DNA from: Tubiluchus corallicola
Lineage: Eukaryota; Animalia; Priapulida
DNA length: 64,000 bases
Reading direction: 5' to 3'
NCBI GenBank assembly: GCA_030141605.1
Contig: JAQGDQ010000260.1
Coordinates: 1 to 64,000 of the forward strand
Part shown: positions 38,725 to 52,600 of the stretch, piece by piece
Position numbering within the stretch: the first letter of the stretch is position 1
Layout: every line of letters starts with the position of its first letter
Made by a program: the position numbers and the translations under genes
The notes under the pieces: generated by a model
The model's input: the letters and a program-made list of their open reading frames with translations, nothing else
What the model was told of the DNA's origin: nothing
The model's database searches: none

Positions 38725-41700
38725 GTTGCTTGTGGATCGTCTTTCATCATCCACCATAAATGCCACAGCTGACAATTTCAAAAAACATTTGAGAGGTGAT
38801 CACTCATAAATAATTACCAGGTCCTGGCTTTTTGGATGAGGTACAGTAACTAGATAAATAGAATTAGTCAGATAGCTCGGTGGAAGCTAAAATCGCTTTC
38901 TGTGGCTGGCTAATGTGCTCCCATCATTAATGGTTTTTCCTTAGTGCTTTTGTTTAAAGGTATGTTGTGAACGAATAATGACCTCTTGATATCCAGAACT
39001 GGTTGACCATTCCGACCATGGTTGACAACTACATTTATAATACGGAAAGGATGCTACGCACACTCTATCCATAGAAGGCCTGTCTATCTGTACTAGCCTC
39101 TCAGCACGACATAATTATAAAAAGTTATGAATTTCATAACTTGGTTAGCTAATATAATAAAAACTTAAACAATACAAGCGGAGTACACCACCAGCCGAAG
39201 TAGGACACTTTCGCTAAAGTGCACTGTGGAAAAGCAGTGTCGTACATAGGCACCCCAAATAGGGCACTGGCGTTTTCTGTCAAGAATCGAGAATTATGAC
39301 ATAATAAAACATAAAACTAAATTTGTCTTAGAAAAAATAACTTTATAATAATGATGGATCGTCCTTGTATAATGTATTTCTTACAATAATATCAACATTA
39401 TTATTAGCTCTACTAATATCATCATAACATTAGACTAAGTACCTAGTGCTTTAAAGAGAGAAACTATGTAGTGCACATAGCTCGCTAGCCTGTTTAGCCA
39501 GACTTATTTCCCTTTAAAAAGATTAATATCAAAGCCAAATTTAATATTGGCTGCTCTACTAGCTCAGAATAATATTCTTTTATTTTATCAGATGTATAAT
39601 AAATTAGTCAATGTGTAAATGACATTTTCAATTATTATTATTAAATAAACAAGGACAACGAATGCTGCCAGTACGGTTACCGACTCAATTCGTGACCAGT
39701 CTCTAGTATCCTACTTGGACAGCCCATGTACGATGCGTTCTACTTGGATCTGGAGCGCCAAATAGTCTACCAGAACAGAGTTCAGAAAAAATTTAGAACT
39801 CCAGATCATTGAAGCCACCCAGAGTTGGCGAGTATAAATGATTAAAGAGTAAATGCAAAATGTAAAAGTTCCCGACTGCACAACTCTAAATAGGTTTGCG
39901 CAGGTTGTAGAAAATAAGCTAGTCGGCCTAGGTCAGCCACAGAGCTGAAGTCATCCTGGTGAATCCGTGACAACTGTCATGATCATGAATAAGCCAGCAC
40001 ATTAGTAAAAAAAACGTATTTGGGCAAAACGTTTCCAGAATTTTTAAGCAAAATGTTTTCATTTCTGGCCAGTTTTTATAAACCTCAATGAGATCTTCAC
40101 AGTCAAAATTAATTTAAATGTGGCCAAAAGTTATTTTATACATCAATGTAATATCAGTTAATTTTACACTACTTTTCTGGTTATAATCATGGTTAAAAGA
40201 TGCCAATAGAATTTATTTAACTTTGGCATTCCATGTAAAGGTCGCTCATTTATTTTAAAGCAAGGCTGACTGGCTTAGTTTCTTTATTATATCACATCTC
40301 TGTATTATGTAGTGAAACTTGAAACTTTGAAACTTTGTCTCTACATATTGTTTAAATTGAAAAATTATTTTTTGGCTACTTGAACTTGAAGTGTTAATTT
40401 CGTGTAAAAATAGCTGCTGCTCTGCAAATTTGTGTTTATGAAAAAGTGCAATCAGTTTATCTGTCATGCTGTTTACTTTAGTTGACAGTTGTTGTTCCAG
40501 GGTGGTTGACTTTGGTAACTTTTAGTTTTTCGCCACCCTTTCACCAATCACTTGAAAATCACTAACTCAGATAATTTACTCATTTAATAATCTTGTCACT
40601 AATAATTTAATAATCTTGTTGAGACGCTAGCACTGTGTCGTGTTTAAGTTGTCATGATGTAGTGTAAATATGATATTCACTAAGATTTTATTAGTGTATA
40701 AAGTATGCCAGCTGCATCACTGTGTTATTGTTTAACACTAGCAGTAATCTTCATTAGGCAGTAGGCCCAATTAGAAATTAAGAGATAATTGACTATACTA
40801 CAGTGTGCTGCAATGGCTGTATATTAAAAGCCAGATGCAAGTACTTATTCAAAAGATTTAGGTGTATCCATTGCCTCCACGGAACACTGAACTGCTTTTT
40901 CTGTGTTTTGCCGTTTGTTGCTATTTTATGAGTCAACTTATATAATAGTGTAGGCTTTTTGGCACATTTTGTGGAGGTCTATTATTGGTCATAAGCTGCT
41001 TAATCTTTTTTATACAGTTTGTAAAATCTATTGTCATATCAATCCTAATACCCTCATACTAAATTATGTTGTTGTTATATGTCCTGTATTTAGTGTAAAA
41101 GGTGATGACTAAATGACTTATTTACTCAGCGTGAGCTGTAGTCCCGAAAGCCGCTGAGCGTGCCACGTCACAGCGGAGGCGAAGAGATAGACCAATAATA
41201 TGTTTGACGTCAATTACTTGCTTAAAAGCAGAAAACGTGTGGCAATTTCTCACTACTGGGAGAGCAATTCTGTAAACTTTACTACAATAATCTTCTAAAT
41301 TTTAATTAATTTAACAGCATACTTTATTACGGAAATATTACTTACACTTCCAACACGTGCCTGTGCTATTTACTATTCATTTTTACTGCGCATTTTCTTA
41401 ATCCGAAAATCAAATCACAGAATTACCAAAATTCCCTCGCATTTCTGCGACAAAAACCTGCTTGGGAGGCAATTCAAGCAATTCACAGAGGTATCTGTGC
41501 ATGAGAGACTATACTAATATTTCTATCAGACTCCTGTAAATCCACATCATAAAAGAATAAACGGAAAACTGTATCCTGTCATAGCTGTTGTACTTTACAT
41601 TGACCCTTCACACACAGAGAACACGTCAAATCATCTTGACACTTATTTTTATTAGTGCATTCTAATTTTACGTTTAGTTTCCATTCAGTAATTTTACCTC

Positions 41701-43863
41701 TTTTGTCATTACACTCCACGCGTAATTTGTTGCCATTTCTCAACCTTTCATACTATTTTTCATGAATCTCAGTTTTATGGGTTCCAAGCTTTTATCGTCA
41801 CATTTTTTCCTAGCTTCTATTCTTAGATACTGTCTAATGTATAGTTTGTTTTTAAATTTTTTATTCCATTGTGACTTCAATAGGCTTTGTATTATTTCAG
41901 GATTTATATATCTCATGCAGTCTCTCTAGTTTCTATCCCCCAACTTTCGTGAATATTTTTATCTCATATGCTTAGCAACACCTTTTTAATGGTGCCGGGC
42001 AAAAATGGCATAAACGGAATAATAGAAAAAATGACACATTTATAAAGTATGAATTCAGGGTTAGTGTTACTGTGGTGGACAATTATTTTTACTCCATGAA
42101 GGAAGTTTTATGTTTCATATGCTGTTTGTTTTGATCAGAACTTATCGAGAAAAAATACTTAACAAGAACTTTATAGAGAAGGTAGGTACGGATAAGAAAA
42201 ATAGATTTGACACAGATTCTTCGAAAGGTGAGGTCTCAGGTGGCGTGTTATATATACATGGCTCTTTGAAAAGAGGAGAGCTTGGCTACAAGATCCAATA
42301 ATACTTTTTTATTATTTCCACTAGGACAATTAAAGCATCTAAGGATAGCTCCAAGCAGGTTCCAGCTTTAGAAGTTCTTGTTTGGAAAACAGCGTAACAT
42401 TATCTATAATCTTTGCTCATTATACATGTATATAGCCTTATGCATCATTTTTTCCTAGTTTTCTATTTGTGATATTTTTTTCCCGCACATTTTTACATGT
42501 GGCATTTTTACCTCATCTTTTTTCCTGTGCTATTTTTACCTCTGCCGTTTTATCTAATTGCTTATTAGTGTCTCTTTTATTATCAGCATACTTTGGCACA
42601 ACATTATTTTTTTAAATAAATTTTTCCTCTTTGTAAATTTTTATTTAAATAGCTGGAACCGATGCTAGTCTTGTGTAATGTTTTTTTTTACCTCTGATTA
42701 CCTTCGATGATCGGGGCAAAACTAATGATAGCTTTTTGCCCATGGTTGCTACTTAGTTGTACACATAACGTTGAGGTCTGGTTAAACACTATAACTGTTA
42801 ATACTATGCCGTTGTAGTGTTTAGTCAGGTTGAAGACTAAATACTACTTTTTCTTTCATTGCTGAAAAAACACAATATTTATCTGTGATTTTTGTATTAG
42901 TGCACTACATTTTAATTAGGTAGCTATAACTTAACCATAGTTAATTAGTATAACTTAACCATGCTAATTATACCAAAATGTTAATTATTATTATTATTAT
43001 TACAATGCATTATGTAATTATGTATTTCAGCAAATAAGATTGAATTGAATTTCGTGTCTGCGAAGCTCTCTCGTTATGCTAGTTGCTGTGACCAGTGAGA
43101 CGATGTTTAATTATTTAGCTACATCAGAGGATGTAATCGAAATGACAATCTCTGTTTACATGTATGTATGTTTATGTGAATTCCAGAATGTGGAAATTTG
43201 TACTTTTGGCAAGTTTTTAACAAGGCATTTCAAGAAGTTTCATGGCAAGTTCTTCTGCATTTATCCCCTGATAACCCCACTAACTATAGGCCAATAATCT
43301 TTACTTTCACCTATTTCCAAAATTTTTGAAAAATTGCTTTATGACAGAGACGTGGATCTAGTGGATCTTTTAACGGTCCAGATTTTGTCAGATTCTTCCG
43401 ATATCCGTAAATGCTAGCAAACCGAGATATAAGTGTACAATGAAGATATTTAACATAATCAATGCAAAAACAGGAAAAAGCAGGAAAACCATTACCAAAA
43501 ATGCAATCAAAATACGAGCATGCAGAATGTAAATTATATAATCGAAAACAAAAGCATAACTGCATAACCAAACGATAGAACAAATTTTTAAATTAAACAT
43601 TGAACTTGTCAAGAAGTCAAACAAATCTGCAACAAAGAGAATTTAAATGCAGAAATCGAAAATTGAAAAAAATTAAACTAAAGGAAAGACTAAGTTTTTT
43701 CTTATTGGTGGATTGCATTTAGAGTGAAAATGCCTATCTGTATGTGATGCCAGCTTACATGTTTATGTATATATTATAATTATATTCATTTTTCAGGTTA
43801 AGTGAATCAAGGATATAATTGATATGCCATCTTACCAGCTCATGTGAAAGATGTGTTGGAGAT

Positions 43864-44789
43864 ATGGAACAAAAGGACAGAGGATGCTCAAACAATATTG
43901 TGTTGCGCAAGTGTGGAGTTCGCTTTGATCCACCAGCTTTTGTAATATTATATGAAGAAAACAACTCAGGTATTGTGCAAACTATATTTAACTATTGTAA
44001 TTATTATAATAGATATGGGTCTCATTATATTGTACTAGTTGTAAAGTTTTATTATACCCTCTGACATGCATTGTTTCCCTTTTCAAAATGATTGATATAT
44101 CATTTATTAATTTATCACTTTAGTTGTAATGCAGTGTGATGAGAGGGGATAGTAGTGATGCATCTGTAATAAATTAATGTAGATATAAATGAAAGTTTTT
44201 TAAATAAAGTTTTTTTGAGAACATTTTGTGCTTTTGAGTTTGAATTACTTGAATTTGATGAAGTGGGAAATAGAAAGTGCTCATATATTTCATTAATAAT
44301 GTTTTTAACAGGTAATTGTCACTATTTATTTGTGCTTCTAGTTCAAAATGAAAAATTATATTGACGGTACAATATCTATAAATAATTTTTTTAGGTAAAC
44401 TTCACAGGCGCTCTATGCCAGTTCGAAATTTTACCAAATCTTCGTCTGTCGAATTTGCAGCACAGAATCTTCAAAGCCATCCACGACATGGCAAATACCT
44501 GGCATCAGTGCCACAATGGCAGCTTCAGAAAATGCTGACACTCATTCAGATGAAATTGAAGGGTCATAGTTTGGAGGAGAGCCTCCAGGAGGCCGGCAAG
44601 TCGTTTACGGTATCGTCGACAGAAGATCTGAACAAGGTGGATGATGATACGCTGCGCAAGAAGAAAGCCGTGATGGAGGAGAGCTTCCAGAAGAATCAGA
44701 AGAAGCCGTCTGATCCGGATTTTCAGTATGATGTGGAAATGGAATTTGGGCAACCCAGTGCAGAGAATAACGAATGGGATAGTGACTAG
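43864..44789 (+). CDS. CEP19: Centrosomal protein of 19 kDa (ciliogenesis, RABL2 recruiter), 2 coding exons, 166 aa
   Basis: Exons 43864-43969 and 44395-44789 with a phase-1 GT-AG intron. KCGVRFDPPAFVILYE..G|KLHRRSMPVRNFTK..PRHGKYL..EDLNKVDD..KKAVMEESFQKNQKKPSDPDFQYDVEMEF..WD matches CEP19. Confidence 0.92.
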
Positions 44790-45110
44790 CCTTCCCTTAT
44801 AGAACCCACTCAATCTTTCACCTGGCATGTGCAGTGTTTGCATGTTGCATATTTATTGTCTGTCAGAACCCCCCCCCCCCCCAATCTGCAATAATACTGT
44901 ATTGTGAAAAGGTTTGTTGCTTTTTACCAGTTTAGCAAGAGGCTATTGCACTTAGTAGTTGAAGGAGGTGAGTTGGTGAGATGGCAAAAAGCTGAATTCT
45001 GCTTAGAGCATCAATTAAAGTGATGATATTTGAGCTACAATTGCAAGAAGTGCCTTGCATAATTTTTGCTCAATCTGTTTCTGGAATTTATCCTTTATTA
45101 TTTACAATAC

Positions 45111-45409
45111 TTACGGCGCACTTTCAGACTTTTGAGTTTTGAGTTTGAATCTGTCGCGAGTTTTCTCTCCGCTGACAAACTAGTAAGTGTGAACTGCTTT
45201 GCGAGTTACTGTCGGCAACTTATTGCAAACTCTCCGACAGTTGCTACCAGTTGATTTTTGCATGTTACTGTCTAGTGTGAATGTCTCACAGAGAAGTGAG
45301 TGTCAGAAAGTAACTTCCAGCAAGTTTTGCTTTCTGGTTTGAACGCACTTTGTTAGTTACTTCGTTAGTTAACTTGGCAAGAAAACTCTCAAGTCTGTAC
45401 GTACCATTA
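45111..45409. mobile_element. Harbinger/PIF-like MITE related to 11918-12217
   Basis: Shares AAGTGTGAACTGCTTTGCGAGTTACTGTCG with 11937-11966. Ends TTACGGCGCACTTTCAGAC / GTCTGTACGTACCATTA. Confidence 0.6.
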
Positions 45410-45488
45410 GCTGTTTCTTGTTATATTCAAACATTCTTGCACAGGTCAATACCTATACAGGAGTTAGTATATATGCACAATATACATA

Positions 45489-46323
45489 CAATCAAACCTC
45501 TTTATACCACCCACTTTGGGACCAGAAAAAAGTTGGCTTTATAGCGAGTTTCGTGTTATATCAAGGTGTGTTAAATTTCGTTATTGATGAATCACAAAAG
45601 TCAGAAAAGTGTACACTAGTTAGAGTTCTCAATTTTCACTCTAAAGGTAAACATATTAAAAGAAAATTGTAAATTAGTCATATGTGAATTAATGATTCAC
45701 TCAAAATCATTCACTTTTATTAAGAAGTTTTTGTTTACATAATAAACTGTCTTGTACTCAACTAGATAATAGATGCTAGGCCTTTAGCTAGACTAAACAT
45801 GTATATGAATAAAAGGGTAAGCCATAACTACAAATTTCGTCTGGGATTTGTTTGGACAATTCTTAGAAAACATATAATTATCTCGTTTCTTGTGGCAAAA
45901 AAGAGCACATATTTTCTTGTCAGTTACCATTATGACTGCATGGTGCATTGACAATAATGCGTCATTATGATTATAGGCTGTACGTTACAGCTTGCAAACA
46001 ATCAAAACGCGTTACCGTATTATTTTATATGACATTTGACTTCTACGACTCAATGGGCGTCTGTCCAGTGTCTACGACTCGAGGGGGCATATAACAGCCT
46101 CGTACAGTTGGCATTTTATGAAGATGCCATCGATGGTAGTTGAGACTGTTGCTGGCATTTCTTCATTGAACATATATATTCATTTGCCTGGCAGTTGATG
46201 GAGAATGGGAGGCGGTATAATATTTTTCATATAGTTGAAGACAATCGTTTTGTTCCTGACCATTTTGCAGGCAGTAAACAAGTTTGGCGGTATAACTGGA
46301 GGTGGTATAACGACGTTTGGCTG
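45489..46323. mobile_element. Tc1/mariner MITE, longer relative of 35024-35488
   Basis: TA|CAATCAAACCTCTTTATACC..GGTATAACGACGTTTGGCTG|TA. Shares TCTCAATTTTCACTCTAAAGGT and TTTTGTTTACATAATAAAC with the shorter copy. Confidence 0.75.
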
Positions 46324-46568
46324 TACCTGTAATACTATATACATGTATTACTCCGCTAACAAAAATGTCCACTCTTTGAAGCATTTCTGGATTTGACCTT
46401 CACACTGTAATTTCTACTTTACACCTTTGTAGGTGTCAGCCAGGTGTGTCTGAATTTAAGTGAGTTACGTGATTAAATCTGACGACATTAGTCTTCAATA
46501 ACTTATCAATTTAAGCCAGATTTGTGATCTGGGCTTTTAGCTTTTGTCAGAGACGGAGTATACAGAGG

Positions 46569-46871
46569 CAGGGCTGGATTTATCTACTTATGGGCCCTGA
46601 GCCAAACTCATGAGTGGTACCCAAAATTTATGGAAATGTTGACATGTTTCGGCTTCCAATACATATTTTCAATATCCAATACGTAAAGGCCACTTATGGC
46701 CTATTATTATATGGAGGCCCTTATGGTTTTGAATAAATGATAATGAAATACATTATACTTGTGTACATTGTACACTTGAAGCAAGCTTATTCGCTGGCAC
46801 GCTCCATGACAAATTAGTTTCAGGCGGCTCTAAACCAATGGCCTACTATGTTTATTGGTAAATCCGGCCCC
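46569..46871. mobile_element. hAT-like MITE
   Basis: CAGGGCTGGATTTA..TAAATCCGGCCCCG imperfect TIRs with a degenerate 8-bp TSD TACAGAGG / TTCAAAGG. Confidence 0.6.
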
Positions 46872-49602
46872 GTTCAAAGGTCTTGTCAGGATTGATTTTA
46901 ACATTTATAGGCAGTCTGAAATGCTCAGACGTTTGTGCAGATACTGCAGATGGCTTTTACGGAAGCGGTGTCACTACTATCGCTTTACTGATATAAATAT
47001 ATTCTTACCATTGTAAGACACTGAGATCTGATGGAACTTTTGAAACCACGTGGAATTTAGTTGAAACATAGTTGCATTCATATTTGTAAACAAGCTATGC
47101 AGTCACTTCATTCTAGAGAATTTCTCTGATTTGCTGATGTTCTGATTTGAAATATCTCATTCGCAAATCGTCCTCCTGCATTATTTGCTAGGATCACATG
47201 TTTAAAAATGTTCTGTTGCTAGTGCCTATAACTTCATTTTAGACTCCGTAATAATCTAGAAAAGTAGTAGTAAGTGGTAACTATATACTAAGATAAATAA
47301 CAATATTTCTAAGATCAGTTAGAGGTATAATACATATATATAACGCATAATGTGAGGTATATAACATATAATACTTGTGCGTTAAGATTGTTTCAGCATT
47401 TTTAGGTATACTATATTGTGTTAGTTTAGTTTTATTTTTTGGTAGATGGCAGCATAGGTGCTACAAACAGCCTCTGTGTGTGCATTGAATTTCGAAATGC
47501 CCTCATATGGCACATTGTGCAGAGCATATGTTATTCTATACAGACTTTTGAGTTTACTCATTAGCTATGGTATGTAATATAAAACTGTATAAGATGAGAG
47601 CTGCTTGCTCACAACTGAATGAGCCACCAAAAGCTATACATGTTTAATTTTCAGAGTCTTTTGCTCAATTTGATGTACGTGTATTGTTTCATGTCAAAAC
47701 AAATTCGCACTATGCTGATATCAGTCTAATTACATCTTTTAAGTACATGGAAAATATATCTCATCTGTGATAATTGCTTGTAATATATTTTTTGTTCACT
47801 GTGCATAAGTAATTTGTTATTGTCGTGCTAAAATTAGCACTAGCAGTGTGTTCTGTATATAGCATCTAGTTGAACTATGTGTCATAGTTTGAATGGTATC
47901 CGTGCATAAATGCCAGTTAAGATTGTATTTAAAATTTTAAATCGTGAAATTGTATCGTTAAATTCTTTTGTTGTGCTATAGCAACTGAATGCGTAAATGA
48001 GTTGAATGCACCAGTATCTCTTTGCAACAAGACATTCAAGCACTTTGAAATACCTCGTTGAAGGCTCAGGCTTTTTATAATATGCATGTATGCCTGTCCT
48101 ATTTACTTATTGCACAGGTGAAATTCTTGTAAGAAAAGCTTCTCTAAAATTTTTAAAGGTGCATAGTTAAAGTTGTGCCAATATCTCAACAATCGAGGTG
48201 TGTGCTTAGCAACCTAAGTTAAGCAATCCTGGCCTGGTTAATAAATAGATTAGTGACTGTAAGGACAATCACTTCTGGGTGGTTTTGGTTCAGCTGTCAT
48301 ATAGTGCTTCCGACTTTTACTGTGTCAAGGGTGATACATTTTCATCTGAATGTACCTAAAACACTTCTGTCAGTTTAGTATCTCATTAGATGATTCCAGT
48401 CCTGCCACAGCCACCACCATGATAACCAAAAATGGTAAAGCTTCATTGGTATTAAAACATCATGGTTGTTTTTGAGGTGCTTGGGTTAAAGTGTTAACCG
48501 TGCCATAATGTTGAATGCTTTACAGAGTTTATAAATGACACCAATAAATAATCTTGTTGACCAACAATAACATTTTAGCATTTTCATTCTTTGACTATTT
48601 GTTTTTATTGTTTCACAGTTGTGTGGAACTAAAAGCTTCGCTTAGCATGTACAGTACTTGTGGTATTTACATTTTACAAGCTGTTTCATTATTCTAAACT
48701 AACTTTTTCCAATGTAGCAGTTAAACACAAGAAGGTGGAAGTATTTTAAATTAGTTTTCTTTGGTAAGCCTCTTTGTTCAGCGACAATTTTACAAACTAT
48801 AAAAGCAAAGCGATAAACTTTGCTGGCAAAAGTAATTTTGTAATGCAGTCATTAATGCATAACACAATGAAGTGACACCTGTTTGCAATTCAATGATCTT
48901 TTGTATGATAGTGCTCCTTTTAAGTTGATTTTGTTGACGAAAGTAAATTTCTATTTCGCTTTCAATTAAAATGACTTGACTCCGTTATTTAGGAGTTTGA
49001 TAACAAGTGTTCACGAAAATATAGCTATGATGGTAAATATTAAAATGCACGTGGCAACAAATTTTATTAAAAATATTAATTTTAAGTGCAATTTTTGCGT
49101 TAGTTGTGTCTGGTACGTTTACTTATTGATCTGTTGTGCCTGTTGATGCATGCACATCCGGGCTTTTTACATTTCAAGCTATGGCGACTTTCATACTTTG
49201 TAGGCAAAAATTTCTGCGCATTTTCAGGTAACCTTTATATTTCTTTCAAGATTTGCATTTTAAGTACATTGCTTACAATTTAAGATGATGTTATGAAACT
49301 TAGAAAGCTTATTTTGTGATTAAGAAAAAAACTCACACTCATTCTTTAAAAACGCTCACTTTTCTCTAAATATTTTGTGGAAGACCTGTTTAGACGTAAA
49401 ACCTTTCTTTCCATTGTCGGGCTTTGACAATGTAGTCATACAAAAGTTGCTACTATCTTGAAATTGTTAATTTTGCAATTTGGTTTTTTTCTTGATATTT
49501 GATTTTTTGCGAATTCAAGCCATGCACTAATCTTCGTGATTTGAATTTTTTATCACACCAGGTTGTACTGAAGTCTTTGATGTCTACAGACTACATGCAG
49601 CC

Positions 49603-52600
49603 ATGAAGATTGATCGAGTAAAATCAAAGAAAAGTACATCAGAACTAGTAAGTAAAAAGTTTATAACTTAAGATATTTTACAAATATGAAGCGACTGTAC
49701 CCATTGGACCGGTACTTTGTGGTATTTCAATGACTTTCAATGACTAACATTATACTTATAGATATAAAAAGTCACCGTTACTATGTTAGGTCCAGATTTG
49801 CAGATAGGTATGCTGTTATAGGTAGATGATGTATTATTTGCTGGCAGTGCAAAAAACGGTAAGCAAAGCTATTGAGAATTTTAGAGAAATTGAGAATCGT
49901 GTGTATCCATGGTGTCCACGGACTGTGAATGTATTGCAGACCAATGTAAAAATAAATATCGGCCTACCTGTGGATCTAATTTTTAGATAGCGATTGTAAT
50001 TCCTGTTGCTTATTGAGTAAGGAATCAATTAACATTCTTGCTAGTTTGAGGTCTGCTGCAAATTTGCATGGCAACATTTTTTTCTATATAGAGTACTTTT
50101 CTTTATTAAAGTTTATTTAGTTTTGTCATCATTTTTGTTTCATGTTCAATTTTGTAAACTACCATTGTCTTCAAGGTGCAAATTTAACTCCGCAAAATTA
50201 CATTGCAAATCTGTCTGAAGAAAGTTAGACAACAGTCTCCGTGGCCTTTGGAACTAAGCTTGCCATGTTTACCTGTGTAACTGTATTTGTAAATAAAACC
50301 CTTTGTCTTTTCCTAGGCGATGTATGCAGTTCGTAATTCTACATTTACACAAAATTGTAATGTTTACAACATTTACTTTTATTTGGTAAATTACTCATAA
50401 GTTAGGTTGCTAATGGCGGGAGTACCGGTTCTTATTAAAACAATCCAATTGGGCCGAACCATCATGGTGATGAGATCTCGATTCTTTATCACTAATCAGG
50501 ATCGATCTGTGCCTGCTTGTCCTGTTTCTAATTAAACAGAGAATCCTGGATAAAGCTAAAAATTGTTTTTGAAGTCGCTTACACATAGTCTTACTGCACG
50601 TTAAGTTTTTATTATGTTGCCGTTTTAGCTTGTGTTAAACTTGTACCCAATACTGTATAAAAACTTCTTAATTTATAAACTCTCACACTGACAGTTATAC
50701 ATACCCATTCTAACGGCTAGTTGTTTAGTAAGAAATTGAAGCAAGTTTAGATAATGTTGTGCAGCACACGCTTTATTAAGCAAAAGTATAAAGGATTTTA
50801 TCTTGTTAGTAAGATTATTAAACGTGTTTTCTTATAAGCCAGCAGTGCACAATTGCATACTGAGTTAATGACGTTTTACGAGCCATATGTAATACTAAGT
50901 AATGTACCTTTGTACGAAAAGTTTTTTGGGACATAGTTTAAAGTTCATTTTTCTTCCTCTTTAAAGGTTATGGCTCAAATTTACAATTCCGTGCACACAA
51001 GAAATTAGTTCTTGAAGCGAGTTAAGGTTAGAATTACTGTTAGGCTTATGGTTAAGATTAGGGTTAGGGTACTTAAATAGTGTGGGGAATTGTAAACTCC
51101 TTCTGATGTTATTGCTGTTGGTAGTGACATAATTGAGAAGACTAGCTTTGTTACCATTGGTGCATTTTATAGTTTTATTCTTAGAGATTTATAGTAAATT
51201 AGTTATTATGTTCTTTGCAAAGACTTCATGCAAATTTTGTTCCATTTTAGCCGCAAGACTGCAAAGCCCTTATTGATGCTTTAAAAAATTGTTCCAACAA
51301 TGAAGAGCTTCTGTGTATTGTGCAAAATGTGAAGATTTGGACTTATGGAAAGGTATGCGCTGTTGCTGTTGTTTTGGTTTGCTGGTGGTATTGTATGGCA
51401 TTGTTACTTTTTTCTGCATTATGGTTGCATTATGAACCTCTAGGGGTAGCATCCTTAAGCTGGTTACTTGTGTTTGAGAGCCAATCCTCAGACGAATTGA
51501 AAAACTTAAGTAACCTGCACTGCAAAATTTTGCTCAGTAGCTCATAGCCTGTCATTCAGTACCAGAAAAACTTGTGTATAACCAACTAACACACTGAAAA
51601 TGTTTAAAAATTACATGTAATTATCAGTCATTTGATAATGTTTAATGACCAAAATCCTGAATTTATCAACCAAAGCTAAACATATATTGAATTACAATTC
51701 AAGTGAACACTAAGCAACTCAGTTTCAACTTGTTTGTTAAAAATTGTAGAATTTCAAAAATATTGTTTGTTGAGCGTAACCTGGCTGACCGTAATTTTTT
51801 ACCGCCAACTGTTTTGTTGACATTACCGCACAAAAAACAACAAAAGTATAGTATGTTCGACAGTTCAAAAACACAACAAGACACACAATGTCGTTGCTGT
51901 TGCCTTTATGAAAAAAACTTGTACAATTAAACACATTTTATTTTAATGTACGCTTTAACTGGCAAAAGTGGTAAATTTGTAATAACGTTCAAATGAATGC
52001 ACAGATGTTAGTGATGGTTACACAAGTCTGGCTTAGTCTGCACTCTTTGTCTAACTATTTGGTCAGTAAAAGCGTGTAACATGGCGCTACCATGCAACTG
52101 TATTGTAATTTTGTTTGTTGATTATACATTTCTATAATAAAGTAGTACTAGTTACTAGTAATACATTGTTCACTGTGACAATTTTTTTAGTGATACCCTA
52201 ACCAAACATTTTTTGGCCTGTACGTGCATGCAGATCGCCATGGTAACTATGTATCACTATGCTGGCTAAGTTGGAAAGTTTACTACAGCAGTAATGTAGC
52301 TATGCACTCAGAAGTTGGTGAATTAGTGCACTCAGAAAGTAATGACAGCTGCCATAGCTTTTAGCAATGCAAAATCGGAAAACATAATTAAGCAGTTTAA
52401 TGTTAATTTTTTGTTATCTTATGCATGCACTTTAATAATAATCCTGTATCATTGAGTGGCCGTGAAAACTGTCTTGCTAAAAAAATTACGTAACCCTAAC
52501 ATGACCTGAATGGTCGTTCTTGCTAGTTGGTAAAGAGCGAAGTTTGCCATTTCCAAGATGGCCTCTTTAGACTGTTGCATTTTGTTTAAATGGAATGAAT

